36,023 nt of DNA from positions 1 through 36,023 of the IMG/VR virus record IMGVR_UViG_3300033463_000510; one strand, 5' to 3'. Position numbers and translations under genes: made by a program. Position 1 is the first letter of the stretch; the number at the start of each line of letters is the position of its first letter. Source of the stretch: a virus. Under the pieces are notes generated by a model. That model made no database searches. It was not told the DNA's origin and was given only the letters and a program-made list of their open reading frames with translations. Positions 24,001-31,568 of the stretch are shown in pieces.

Positions 24001-25972
24001 GGAGCGCCTGCCCGACCGGAAGGCCACGGAGATCCGCCATGCACGTCAGGACGCGCGTGTCGGCGTTGTAGCGGTCTGCGAGGTACGCCTTCCACCACTT
24101 GCCGAAGACGGAGTTGTCCTCGCCGGTGGGATATGATATGCCGAGGACGGGACGCGCGAGGGGCATGCCCCACTCCAGGGAGTCGACGATGTAGCGGTCG
24201 GAGAGGACCACGCGCCGGAAGGAAGGGAGACTGGTGACGTAGGGACCTTCACCCGTGAGGTCCCAGCAAAGCGCACCCGCGAGGACTTCCATCGCGCCGT
24301 GGTCCTCGGTGATGTAGTAGCGCTTGCGCTGGTCGCCGGTGACGACGGGGGTGGGCATCATGCCGGCGAAATACACCAGCACGTCCCTCCCGTCGAAGTC
24401 CTTGTTCTCTGCCTGGTGCAGCTGGAGCTTCGGCAGCCAGTCGGCGCCGGGCGTGTCGGGTGTATCATAGACGATCTGCGGGATCTTGAACGCCGTACCG
24501 ATGGAGTTTGTCCGGACGATGAACGAGATGGAGGTGTCACCGTTCCACAGCTCCTCCATGACGGTCTCGTAGAACGGGAAGTAGAGTAGGCGGTTAGAGG
24601 CGTTATAGTCAAAAAAGCACGAGGCGAAGAGGCGGTTGCTTTCCTGTACCTCCGCGGCGTCCTGGAAGACGATGTCCTGCGTCAGGACCTTCGTGGAAGC
24701 GTCGAACTCGTAGCCGGTGTCGATGCGCTGGATGGCGTAGCCGCGCCCGTAGTCGCGCTCGTACTGCTCCACGAACTCGCCCTTGCCTCCTTCGCCCATC
24801 TGGTACCAGCGCTTGTCCGCGAGGACGGGGTTCTGGCCGGTGTCCTGCGAAAGGTCAACGCGCGTCGTCAAGTCGATCGGGTCGAGGGCGCCCTCTCCGT
24901 AGAAGGTGGCGCGGGTGACGATGCGGACGGTCTTCGTGGCCGCGTCGTAGAGGAAGAGCAGGCCCCAGATCTTGCAGTAGGAGACGAGGTACGCCATCGG
25001 TGACTTCGACGCTGCGAGGACGTTGTTCAGGCACTCCTGCGAGAGGCGGTCCTCCGTCGCGATGAGCGGGAGCGTCCACCACATGTCCGCGTAGTCCGGG
25101 TTGTCGTCGCGGAAGAAGGTCGGGTCGAGGGTGACGGTGTAGCCGCCGTTGTTCCGGCTGTCGCAGATGGCCGTGATAAAGGCCTTGACGGACACCACGG
25201 GGCGCTGGAGATTCCAGCGGAGGTCGCACACCTCCCACTCCGTATGGGGCTTCTGGAACGTCAGCAGGGCGCAGCCGACGCCCGCCTTGTAGGTGTAGGT
25301 CAGGCCGTCGGAGAGGTACTCGTCCATGACGTTCTTGAACGCCTGACGGGTCACGATGGCGTGCGAGGCGTCGAAGTCTTTGGGGAGGCCGTTGTAGGCG
25401 GGCGCGAAGTTCACGATGTTCCAGAACGTCGCGGCGGGCGTGCTGCCGGCCAGATGGTACCATGCGTCGCGCACGGTGTCGGACGCCACGGGGGTGACGG
25501 CGAAGTCCGTCACGTCATTTCCGTTCTTATCCTTCCAGATGAGGTCGCGCAGGGTGCGCTCCTTCCCGTCCTCGGTGTTCGCCAGGGCGTAGAAGAAGCT
25601 GCCGAGCCCGCCGTAGAGCGTCACGGTGTAGGCATGGATGCGGCTGCGGCTGTTGACCTTGTCCAGGCGGCAGTAGCCCGCCTCCAGGACCGTCCCGTCC
25701 TCGTTGTAGAGGGTGAACGGCGTCTTGCGCGTCGGGTCGAACTGCGTGCCGTCGTAGCGGACGCCGAAGACCGTCTTGCGGTCCAGGCGGAAGGCTGCGC
25801 CGAAGACGGAGTTGTTCCGGCAGGTGCCGGGGAGCTGCACCTGGTGGCTGGAGGAGTTCACGACCGCCGTGGGGTTCGCGAGGTTCTCGCGGGTCCAGTT
25901 GTAGAGGATCCAGGAGTCGTCGCCGAGGTCCACCCGGCGTCCGGCTATGTAGAGCTGCACCTTCCGTCTCAT
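21035..25972 (-). CDS. 1645-aa tail/host-recognition protein with about ten BACON-like (Ig-like) repeats
   Basis: The C-terminal ~940 aa are ~90-aa modules, each with ...W....S..W......SG.G......V.V..N.G..AR...I......... and ending V/L-x-Q (FYLHQEAG, VTVSQAAG, VTVTQNANT etc.). The N-terminal ~700 aa look baseplate/hub-like. Confidence 0.7.
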   Translation of the reverse strand: MRRKVQLYIAGRRVDLGDDSWILYNWTRENLANPTAVVNSSSHQVQLPGTCRNNSVFGAAFRLDRKTVFGVRYDGTQFDPTRKTPFTLYNEDGTVLEAGYCRLDKVNSRSRIHAYTVTLYGGLGSFFYALANTEDGKERTLRDLIWKDKNGNDVTDFAVTPVASDTVRDAWYHLAGSTPAATFWNIVNFAPAYNGLPKDFDASHAIVTRQAFKNVMDEYLSDGLTYTYKAGVGCALLTFQKPHTEWEVCDLRWNLQRPVVSVKAFITAICDSRNNGGYTVTLDPTFFRDDNPDYADMWWTLPLIATEDRLSQECLNNVLAASKSPMAYLVSYCKIWGLLFLYDAATKTVRIVTRATFYGEGALDPIDLTTRVDLSQDTGQNPVLADKRWYQMGEGGKGEFVEQYERDYGRGYAIQRIDTGYEFDASTKVLTQDIVFQDAAEVQESNRLFASCFFDYNASNRLLYFPFYETVMEELWNGDTSISFIVRTNSIGTAFKIPQIVYDTPDTPGADWLPKLQLHQAENKDFDGRDVLVYFAGMMPTPVVTGDQRKRYYITEDHGAMEVLAGALCWDLTGEGPYVTSLPSFRRVVLSDRYIVDSLEWGMPLARPVLGISYPTGEDNSVFGKWWKAYLADRYNADTRVLTCMADLRGLPVGQALLRRFYWLDGTLWTMNAIRNHSLTSWDLTEIELVKVQDRRAYDTGPGSVEAHYLRISPAAASFAFLTAGETLTFTVRSTSAWTLGRTQESMWLDISDFSGPAGTTVITIAAPANTGTDRRNASVTLTNEDGDIVRMTFSQDPRPADTISVSPSAIAFPGNGGQLPVAVTASGAWALQTEDVPSWLTAQTSSAGITFSAGGNGATARSASVRVYLVSDPTTFVTISVTQEAGSGGTGSISLLDLQGNDNATLPASAGYITLVATVPAGASWSAAESPDVNWTAISPSSGTGTGNFAVAVSANTGAARQVAIVLSCSGFEPVTFYLHQEAGAPAQTLTLLDSGSHDSATAPAAGQTITLNVGGTGGASWSLTSYPSFVSFNRTSGTGNGSVTMYVNANTGAARDGAVVVTCNGQTATFYLHQEAASSGSDYYANIYRYDDFSERNWDDRSAAAHLEDGASVGSNGNWSCATSESWIHPTYLQYYPWTGRSGNGYIYYDIDANPGAARQGVIRCTCAETGVVTEFYIYQEGGAQASLTASFDETSIDSSAQTVTLRIVASSGLAWSITNVSSGLTPSTLSGTGSTTMSVSVSAATTSRTLSLIVRSSAGSLSAIPTLSQAGPAVVDYLRVTPFGTIDVPYDFTNATFGIDCSSSWRVVNEDADVSLDRTTGSGDGGRVVATLPVNPSSLASRSFVFLFETTAGPYQSVQVTIVQAAAPAFLRVTPFGVVSISYRYVSTPFVVESSVPWEAVCNVQGVIVTPASGSAGTFRVDVIHEPNDTDNIRTIPVTFQSTPDATLSQSATILQTPNIPETFIIDTDTLEFGNEAATNGILLSASDEWTAGTSDSWITVSPASGYSGNNQEVTVRVSPNTGAARTGTVTFQCGVLRRTVTVSQAAGSAMDLSVYPTAVTVRQGRPATVTVFSSRAWHVESLSPYFWVNPTPLSGSGSVNGETLTIATRGYAGAQRSYSLKIYDDVSGNYVTVTVTQNANT

Positions 25973-26913
25973 CGCCTCGTGATGTCTTGCGCCAGCTGGA
26001 CGGAGACAGTGTACTGCACCATCCTCGCTCCGCTGCCGCGGTAGGTCTTATATTCGCAGGTGGTATCGGTCACGATGACCGGGATGAGGGCCGGGACGGA
26101 GATGTCATAGAGCATGACGGTCGTGGATCCGAGCAGGTGGTGCATCCGTGCGGCCTGGGCGTCTGTGAGCCAGCCGGTGCGGAGCGTCCAGCGGCGCGTC
26201 ACCTCGTTCGCGTACTCCACGGTGCCGCGGGTCTCCCTGCTGCCGTTGTCGTACTCCTGCTCCATCGTGTGGCGGTCATAGTCGTCCGATTGGGACGTGC
26301 TGCCCTCCATGAGCAGGGTGTCCCAGCCACCGAAGGCGTTAACGTATGCGAGGGCATAGCGTGCGCAGGCCGGCACGACCGGGTAGGTGACGCCGTTGAA
26401 CGTCACGGAGGCGAGGTTGGAGAAGACACCCAGCGGGACGGATATGACCTGCGCCTCGGCGCTGGAGGCGGCGCTGACGGAGACGCTCTGGGACGTGCCG
26501 TTCTTGAAGTTCACGATAACGGTCTGCGCGGCTCCTGAGAGGACGGACGCGATGAAGGCCTGGGCGGCGGAGAGGCGTCCGTTCACCGGCGCGGCGAGGG
26601 CCGCCTGCGAGGTGTGCGCGTAGTCGTGCGACCAGTCCGCGACGAACTGGACGGTGTCGACGAGCACGCCGCCGGAGCGCACCTGGAAGGTGACGGCGGT
26701 GCCGTCCTTGCGCGCCAGGAGGTTCAGTGACGGTACGGCGTGGGAGAGGTAGTCGGCGCAGATGTCGTTGATGCGCACCCGCAGGGTGCTCTCGTCAGGG
26801 CGCCGGACCGCGTGGCCGGAGAATATGTCCGTGCCGCCGGTCTCGATGGTGTAGTCTGCCTCCTCGACGCTGCCGAGGCTGACAAAGTAGTCTTTCCAGA
26901 TGGATGCGGGCAT
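25969..26913 (-). CDS. tail/baseplate protein (possible distal-tail-like, 314 aa)
   Basis: ORF MPASIWKDYFVSLGSVEEADYTIETGG... has an ATGA overlap with the 1645-aa gene. Role inferred from position. Confidence 0.5.
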   Translation of the reverse strand: MPASIWKDYFVSLGSVEEADYTIETGGTDIFSGHAVRRPDESTLRVRINDICADYLSHAVPSLNLLARKDGTAVTFQVRSGGVLVDTVQFVADWSHDYAHTSQAALAAPVNGRLSAAQAFIASVLSGAAQTVIVNFKNGTSQSVSVSAASSAEAQVISVPLGVFSNLASVTFNGVTYPVVPACARYALAYVNAFGGWDTLLMEGSTSQSDDYDRHTMEQEYDNGSRETRGTVEYANEVTRRWTLRTGWLTDAQAARMHHLLGSTTVMLYDISVPALIPVIVTDTTCEYKTYRGSGARMVQYTVSVQLAQDITRR

Positions 26914-26998
26914 GTGTATGCGGTATTGGTCCGCCTACAAATAGCGAAGGCCCCCGCCGTGGAATCAGCGGAGGCCGTTTCCGTGCCCGCGGGCGCGT

Positions 26999-27481
26999 CT
27001 ATCGCGCGGAGACGAGTTTCCGGATGTAGTTCGCGGTGTCGGCCGCCAGCGCCGCCGCTATGCGCTCCCGGTAGACCTTGTTCATCTCTTCCACCGTGTC
27101 GGTGAGGTCCGGCTTGCCCTCCGTGCCGAAGACCGCGATCTTCCGCTGGATGAGGAAGGCCAGCTGCTCAGGGGTCGGGAGTTTCCCGTTCTTCATCGGT
27201 CGCGGCAGGACGGGTTTTATCTGGATCCACTTCAAGATGGCGGCACGGGGAGGCCAGTGCGGCGCGGTGTCCATCTCCACGAAGCGCCAGTAGTCAGCCA
27301 GGTCCAGCTGCACCTCGTACGTCCCGCCGCTGTATTCGATGTGGACCTCGCAGGAGTTCAGCAGGGCGCCGGAGGCGATGCGGTCGTGGAGGATGAGGCG
27401 GTCCTGGTAGCGGTTGCGGACTTCCACGCCGTACTCCTGGAGCACGGCGTAGAGATTGGAGGTGTCGAAGAGTGTGTCCAT
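26999..27481 (-). CDS. hypothetical virion morphogenesis protein (160 aa)
   Basis: Trimmed to the ATG at 27481 (MDTLFDTSNLYAVLQEYG...). This start is 2 nt after the stop of the -1 frame ORF at 27483. Confidence 0.55.
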   Translation of the reverse strand: MDTLFDTSNLYAVLQEYGVEVRNRYQDRLILHDRIASGALLNSCEVHIEYSGGTYEVQLDLADYWRFVEMDTAPHWPPRAAILKWIQIKPVLPRPMKNGKLPTPEQLAFLIQRKIAVFGTEGKPDLTDTVEEMNKVYRERIAAALAADTANYIRKLVSAR

Positions 27482-27482
27482 G

Positions 27483-28267
27483 TCAGTGCGTCTTTCGGTA
27501 TCGTTCAAGCGCGTCCTCGCGCCTTGCGTTGCGGTCTTTCGTGTAGCAGAAGATATTGAGCGTCTCCACCATCGTCTGGCGCCATACGTCGTCCCACGGG
27601 CAGCGAAGCGTCTCGCTCACCGTGTCGACGAGGGCGAGCCAGCCCCACTTCTGCGAGAAGGCGTCCGGAGCATCCTCCGCCCCTTCCGCATCGTCTCCCT
27701 CGCCTCCCTCCGGATGTCCCTCCTCCGGAGCTTCCGCGCGGCCCTGCGGGAACACGCCAGGATATGACGCGACCAGCGCATCCATCGAGCCAAAAAAAAA
27801 GCGGACAGCGCGACGGCGTCGTCGGCGCGCATGTGGTCGCGTATGGACGCCTGCACGTCCACGGGGTCGTAGCCGTCGCAGTAGGCGCGGCCGCGTGGCG
27901 TGAGCATGCAGGAGAGCAGTTCCACGGAGAGGGCGCGCTCCTTCTCGTCCATGCGGTCGGCGTAAGTCTTGAAGTCCACGAACTGCGCGGTGGTCATCGT
28001 GCGCCAGTCGCGGATGCACTCCAGCTCGAAGTCACCGCAAAGGTACCAGCGCTGCGGGATGCGCTTCGGCAGGTCCGCCTCCAGGAAGCGTGACGCGGCG
28101 ACGCGGTGCATGTACTCCTCGATCGGGAGCGCGTATATGTCCTCGGCGGTGCAGCCGGATAGCGCGGCGAGGATCTCCGCCTGGCGGTCGAGCGGGTCTA
28201 TGTCCTCCGGTATGGCTGCGAGCTTCAGGAAGACGCCGAGGGTGAGGTCGGAAAATGTGCTTATCAT
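27483..28267 (-). CDS. chaperone-like gene read through a -1 shift at a T9 run (ORF A 27617-28267 joined to ORF B ending 27483)
   Basis: Frame A gives ...ALSAFF at the run. After the run, frame A becomes Arg-rich (ARWMRWSRHILACSRRAARKLRRRD...). The -1 frame instead gives sensible sequence to its stop (GSMDALVASYPG...FSQKWGWLALVDTVSETLRCPWDDVWRQTMVETLNIF...). Confidence 0.55.
27792..27800 (-). other. T9 homopolymer containing the slippery heptamer U UUU UUG
   Basis: Minus strand TCC GCT TTT TTT TTG GCT in frame A. T_TTT_TTG fits X_XXY_YYZ. Confidence 0.8.
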
Positions 28268-28288
28268 GTCAATTTGTTTGCGTTTGGT

Positions 28289-29461
28289 TCAATGTCGTTG
28301 GATGCGGCTGACGGCGTACTGGCCCTCCTGGTAGCGCGAGAGCGGCGACAGCGAGGCGTAGCGCAGGGCGTCGATGCCGTGGTTGAAGAAGTCGATCGGC
28401 TCGTTCGTGAACGTCCCGTCAGGGAGTTGCTTGAAGAGGTACTTCCGCCCCTCGTCGATGAGGTGGACGGAGCGGCGGGTGACGTAGATGGTCCACGCGC
28501 GGAGTTGCTGGATCTGCTCCCGGACCGTGGTGCGCTTGTCGCTTCCGCGTACGTCTGTGAAGCCGAACTTCTGGATCTCCTCGATGCTCTTCGGCTCCGC
28601 ACAGTCGGCCCAGACGTTCCGGGCGCCGAGGGACCGCAGGGCGGCGGCGATGTCGGGGTTCTTCATCCCGGTCTGCCACAACTGCTCGTCCGCGTAGATC
28701 TCGCGGCGTCCCGTGTGGATGAGGCACCGGACGGCGGTCGTCGGGTCGTGGGTGAAGCCGAAGTCGACGCCCCAGGACTCCGTGAAGCCGGCGGGGTCCG
28801 GCATGTCGTCCACGATGCGGAAGTCGAAGATCTGGCCCTCGACCTGCCCGATGAGTCCGAGGCCGTAGACGCGCCACCAGTTCCCCGCGTTGCGGTTCGC
28901 CTCCAGTTCGCGCCGGACCTCGTCCGGGAGGTACTGGTTGTCGAGATAGGTGGAGTGGACGAGTTTGTAACGGTCGCGTTGCGGCAGGATCTCCGTCCCC
29001 CAGAAGGGCGCGGAGGGGTTGTAGTCGTACATGACGAGACCGGAGGTGCGGAGGATGAGCTGGCGCGCAGCCTCCCACGCCACGCGGTTCGCTTCGTTGA
29101 TGACGAGGCGGTCGCGTCCGGGTCCGCGGAACTTCGCGGGGTTGTCGGCCCCGAAGAACTCGATGATGGAGCCGTTTGGGAAAGTGTAGATGCACTCGGA
29201 GACGCTCCAGGCCTCCTCGTCCCACCAGCCCTCGGCCTCCATGCAGTCGCGGAAGTCGCGGATGATGCCGCGCTTCAGGTGCGGCAGGGACTCCGAGACG
29301 ATGGACGTGATGGTCGGCTGCTTGTCCGCATCCGCCAGGAGCATCTGGATCTGGCACTCGGCGACGGTCTTACCGGAACGCGCTCCGCCACGGTTGTCGA
29401 CGAAACGCGGCCCGTCCGCGAGCGCGGCGCAGATCTTCTCAAATGTTCGCGTCGTCTTCAT
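28289..29461 (-). CDS. terL: terminase large subunit
   Basis: Walker A GGARSGKT. DRLVINEA (Walker B-like). C-terminal nuclease-like GVDFGFTHDPTA... and NHGIDALRY, typical of PBSX/Terminase_3-6 type TerL. Confidence 0.9.
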   Translation of the reverse strand: MKTTRTFEKICAALADGPRFVDNRGGARSGKTVAECQIQMLLADADKQPTITSIVSESLPHLKRGIIRDFRDCMEAEGWWDEEAWSVSECIYTFPNGSIIEFFGADNPAKFRGPGRDRLVINEANRVAWEAARQLILRTSGLVMYDYNPSAPFWGTEILPQRDRYKLVHSTYLDNQYLPDEVRRELEANRNAGNWWRVYGLGLIGQVEGQIFDFRIVDDMPDPAGFTESWGVDFGFTHDPTTAVRCLIHTGRREIYADEQLWQTGMKNPDIAAALRSLGARNVWADCAEPKSIEEIQKFGFTDVRGSDKRTTVREQIQQLRAWTIYVTRRSVHLIDEGRKYLFKQLPDGTFTNEPIDFFNHGIDALRYASLSPLSRYQEGQYAVSRIQRH

Positions 29462-29888
29462 CCTTCGGCGGTGCCGGCTGTCCTCCGGTCTCCAGTGCGC
29501 GTCGCAGTCCCTCCGCGGCGTCTGGGTCCGCGACGGTGATGTTCACGCTTCCGAGGCTGCCGCGCATGTTCACGTCCTTCACCTGCTTCGGCTTTCCGAA
29601 GAGTCGGTCGAGGATGTCGGAGGTGTAGGCGACGGCCAGCTTCCCCATCATGCCCTTCGCGTAGACCTGGATGAGGTAGCCGAACTCCGGAAGGTCCTCG
29701 GCGACGCGCTTGAGGTATTCCGCGGCGGTCTTCTGGTCCGGCAGGGTGAGGGCGTGGTAGAGTGCCGCGTAGACCTTCTCGCGGGCGTTCTCCGGGATGG
29801 ATTTGAGGCGCGGCTTCTTCCCCTTCCCCTTCGGCTGGTTGTCGGAGGTGAAGCGGTGGCCGATTTTATTTCCTTTCTCGAATGGCAT
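29439..29888 (-). CDS. putative terminase small subunit
   Basis: 149-aa basic N-terminus MPFEKGNKIGHRFTSDNQPKGKGKKPR. Immediately upstream of TerL and overlapping it by 23 nt. Confidence 0.5.
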   Translation of the reverse strand: MPFEKGNKIGHRFTSDNQPKGKGKKPRLKSIPENAREKVYAALYHALTLPDQKTAAEYLKRVAEDLPEFGYLIQVYAKGMMGKLAVAYTSDILDRLFGKPKQVKDVNMRGSLGSVNITVADPDAAEGLRRALETGGQPAPPKDEDDANI

Positions 29889-30027
29889 GACGTTGTAACA
29901 ATGTTGTTATCACAAGGGGCGGGCGATTGCGGTCCCGCCCCGCTTCGTAGTAGTGTCTCCACGTCCTGCGCCCGTTGTTAACGCAGGCCCGCTCCCGGCT
30001 GCCGGGCTGCCGTCAGCGGGGTTGTGG

Positions 30028-31269
30028 TTAGAACTCGTCCGGCATATTTCGTTTGTCAAGTTCCGCAACGATACAAAGTTCTCGTTCCGAGAGAATGAGG
30101 GCCGCTGCCTCACGGGCCGCTGCCTCACGGGCCGCTGCCGAACTGAAAAGGAAGCCGCCTCCGTAGAGGGACTTTCCCTGCTCTTTCAGGCAATCGAGGT
30201 TCTGGACCTCCTGCACCACATCCTTCCGTACATAATAGTCCTCGTCCCCCTTCGCTATCTTGGAGAGGACGGGAAGCGTCCAGAATTCCATCGGGTGGCG
30301 GTATCTGGAGAGTTCCACCTTGTCGCGGCTCTCTTTGTCCGCCTCCTTCACCGCGCGCCTCAGTTCGACGGGGATAATGATGCGGTAGTCCTGCACCTTC
30401 GGCAGGTTCGTCACGAAGGAAGTATTCACCACGGCTCCGTTCTCGTACGTCACGCCTTCCCCGCAGAGGACATACGTCACGTCCGCATCCTTCACCTTCA
30501 GGGTGAGGTGTGGGCCGAAGAGAAAGAAACGGATGCTGCGCTCCAGGTAGAAACGGACGATCTGGGCGTAGATTGAGAAGGGCGGATTGTCGAGGACGAT
30601 GCAGCCCTCCGGGTAGTCGGCGTGCTCATAGTCGCCGCCAGGGTAGAACGGCCGCACGATTTTCTCGTGGTCTATTGGTCCGAGGACGGCGTCCACCCAC
30701 TTCACGACCGCGTCATAGACGGGCGCCGGGGTGTAGCAGTCGTCGGTGGTAAGTTTCGGCTTGAACTTCTCCACGAACTCGTCGTAGCCTTCCGCGCCCT
30801 CGCGTCCCTCGGAGGAGAGGTGCATCTTCGCCGGATCCTGCTGCTCCGTGTCCCACGCCGGGACGCCGTAGTCCGCCAGCGGCAGGTCGTCCCACTCGTT
30901 GGCGAGGCTGTCGAAGTCCCACGAGCCGAGCGAGCCGTTGTCCTTCATCGCGCGCCGCTTGATGGTCGCGTAGTCGTCATCATCCTGGGGGAAGTACACC
31001 ACGACGGGGACGGTCTTCACGCCGGACTCCCGGCACGCCTTCAGGCGGAGGTTCCCGCCGAAGACGACGTACTTCTCGCCCTTCCCCGATTCCGCCGGCA
31101 CTGCGAGGAGCGGGCGGTCCTCCAGGAAGTCCGGGTCCTCGGTGATGGACTTGACGGTGCGGTTGACGTCGCCGAGGGTCCATTGGCGCGGGTTCTTCGG
31201 GAGCCACGGCAGGCGCCCGTCGTTCCCGACGAGTTTGGAGGTTACGATGTTCAGTCTGGCCTTGTTCAT
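30028..31269 (-). CDS. ParB-like N-terminal domain fused to an amino-DNA methyltransferase
   Basis: Trimmed to the ATG at 31269 (MNKARLNIV...). GGNLRLKACRESGVKTVPVVV is ParB/Srx-like. CYTPAPVYDAV... and IVLDNPPFS give the (D/N)PP(Y/F) motif IV of N6-A/N4-C methyltransferases. Confidence 0.7.
   Translation of the reverse strand: MNKARLNIVTSKLVGNDGRLPWLPKNPRQWTLGDVNRTVKSITEDPDFLEDRPLLAVPAESGKGEKYVVFGGNLRLKACRESGVKTVPVVVYFPQDDDDYATIKRRAMKDNGSLGSWDFDSLANEWDDLPLADYGVPAWDTEQQDPAKMHLSSEGREGAEGYDEFVEKFKPKLTTDDCYTPAPVYDAVVKWVDAVLGPIDHEKIVRPFYPGGDYEHADYPEGCIVLDNPPFSIYAQIVRFYLERSIRFFLFGPHLTLKVKDADVTYVLCGEGVTYENGAVVNTSFVTNLPKVQDYRIIIPVELRRAVKEADKESRDKVELSRYRHPMEFWTLPVLSKIAKGDEDYYVRKDVVQEVQNLDCLKEQGKSLYGGGFLFSSAAAREAAAREAAALILSERELCIVAELDKRNMPDEF
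30099..30139 (-). repeat. 15-nt tandem repeat x2.7 (encodes AAREA repeats at the methyltransferase C-terminus)
   Basis: GGGCCGCTGCCTCAC at 30099-30113 and 30114-30128, with a partial copy at 30129-30139. Confidence 0.85.
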
Positions 31270-31568
31270 TTCTTCCGGGGTTTGGTAGTGGTTTTCTTCC
31301 TGGGCGCTGGAGCCGTTTCCGCGGCCGTGGCGGTGCGTTCGGTCTTGTCTGCGTAATACATCCGCCCCACGCGCTTCACGAGCCGCAGCAGGCACGGACC
31401 GCAGGTATAGTCCTGGCGCGTCTTCGTGCCGGTGGCGGTGTCCAGCGCGTCGTGCATGAGCGCAAGGGCGTCGCGTCCGGGGTAGGGACACCAGTCCGCG
31501 CCGACGGCGGTCTCGAAATACTTTTCAAATGGCGCCAGGGCGTCAAAGATCTCGTTGGAAAAGTTCAT
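31266..31568 (-). CDS. hypothetical protein (100 aa, basic tail)
   Basis: ORF MNFSNEIFDALAPFEKYF... has an ATGA overlap with the methyltransferase gene. Confidence 0.6.
   Translation of the reverse strand: MNFSNEIFDALAPFEKYFETAVGADWCPYPGRDALALMHDALDTATGTKTRQDYTCGPCLLRLVKRVGRMYYADKTERTATAAETAPAPRKKTTTKPRKK

Noticed and set aside
26949-26976. The GC hairpin GGCCCCCGC...GCGGAGGCC between the 160-aa and 314-aa tail genes, as a terminator.
   Set aside because: The stem is real, but on the minus strand it is followed by TTCGCTATTTG rather than a clean U-tract. It sits inside an apparently continuous late operon. At most it is a weak attenuator or an mRNA-stability element, so I did not list it as a feature.
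27617-27791. The 57-codon continuation of ORF A after the T9 run, as the genuine C-terminus of a 216-aa protein.
   Set aside because: The sequence ARWMRWSRHILACSRRAARKLRRRDIRREARETMRKGRRMLR... looks like out-of-frame translation. The -1 frame over the same DNA gives balanced sequence and ends 2 nt before the next gene's start. It may still be made as a minor zero-frame product.
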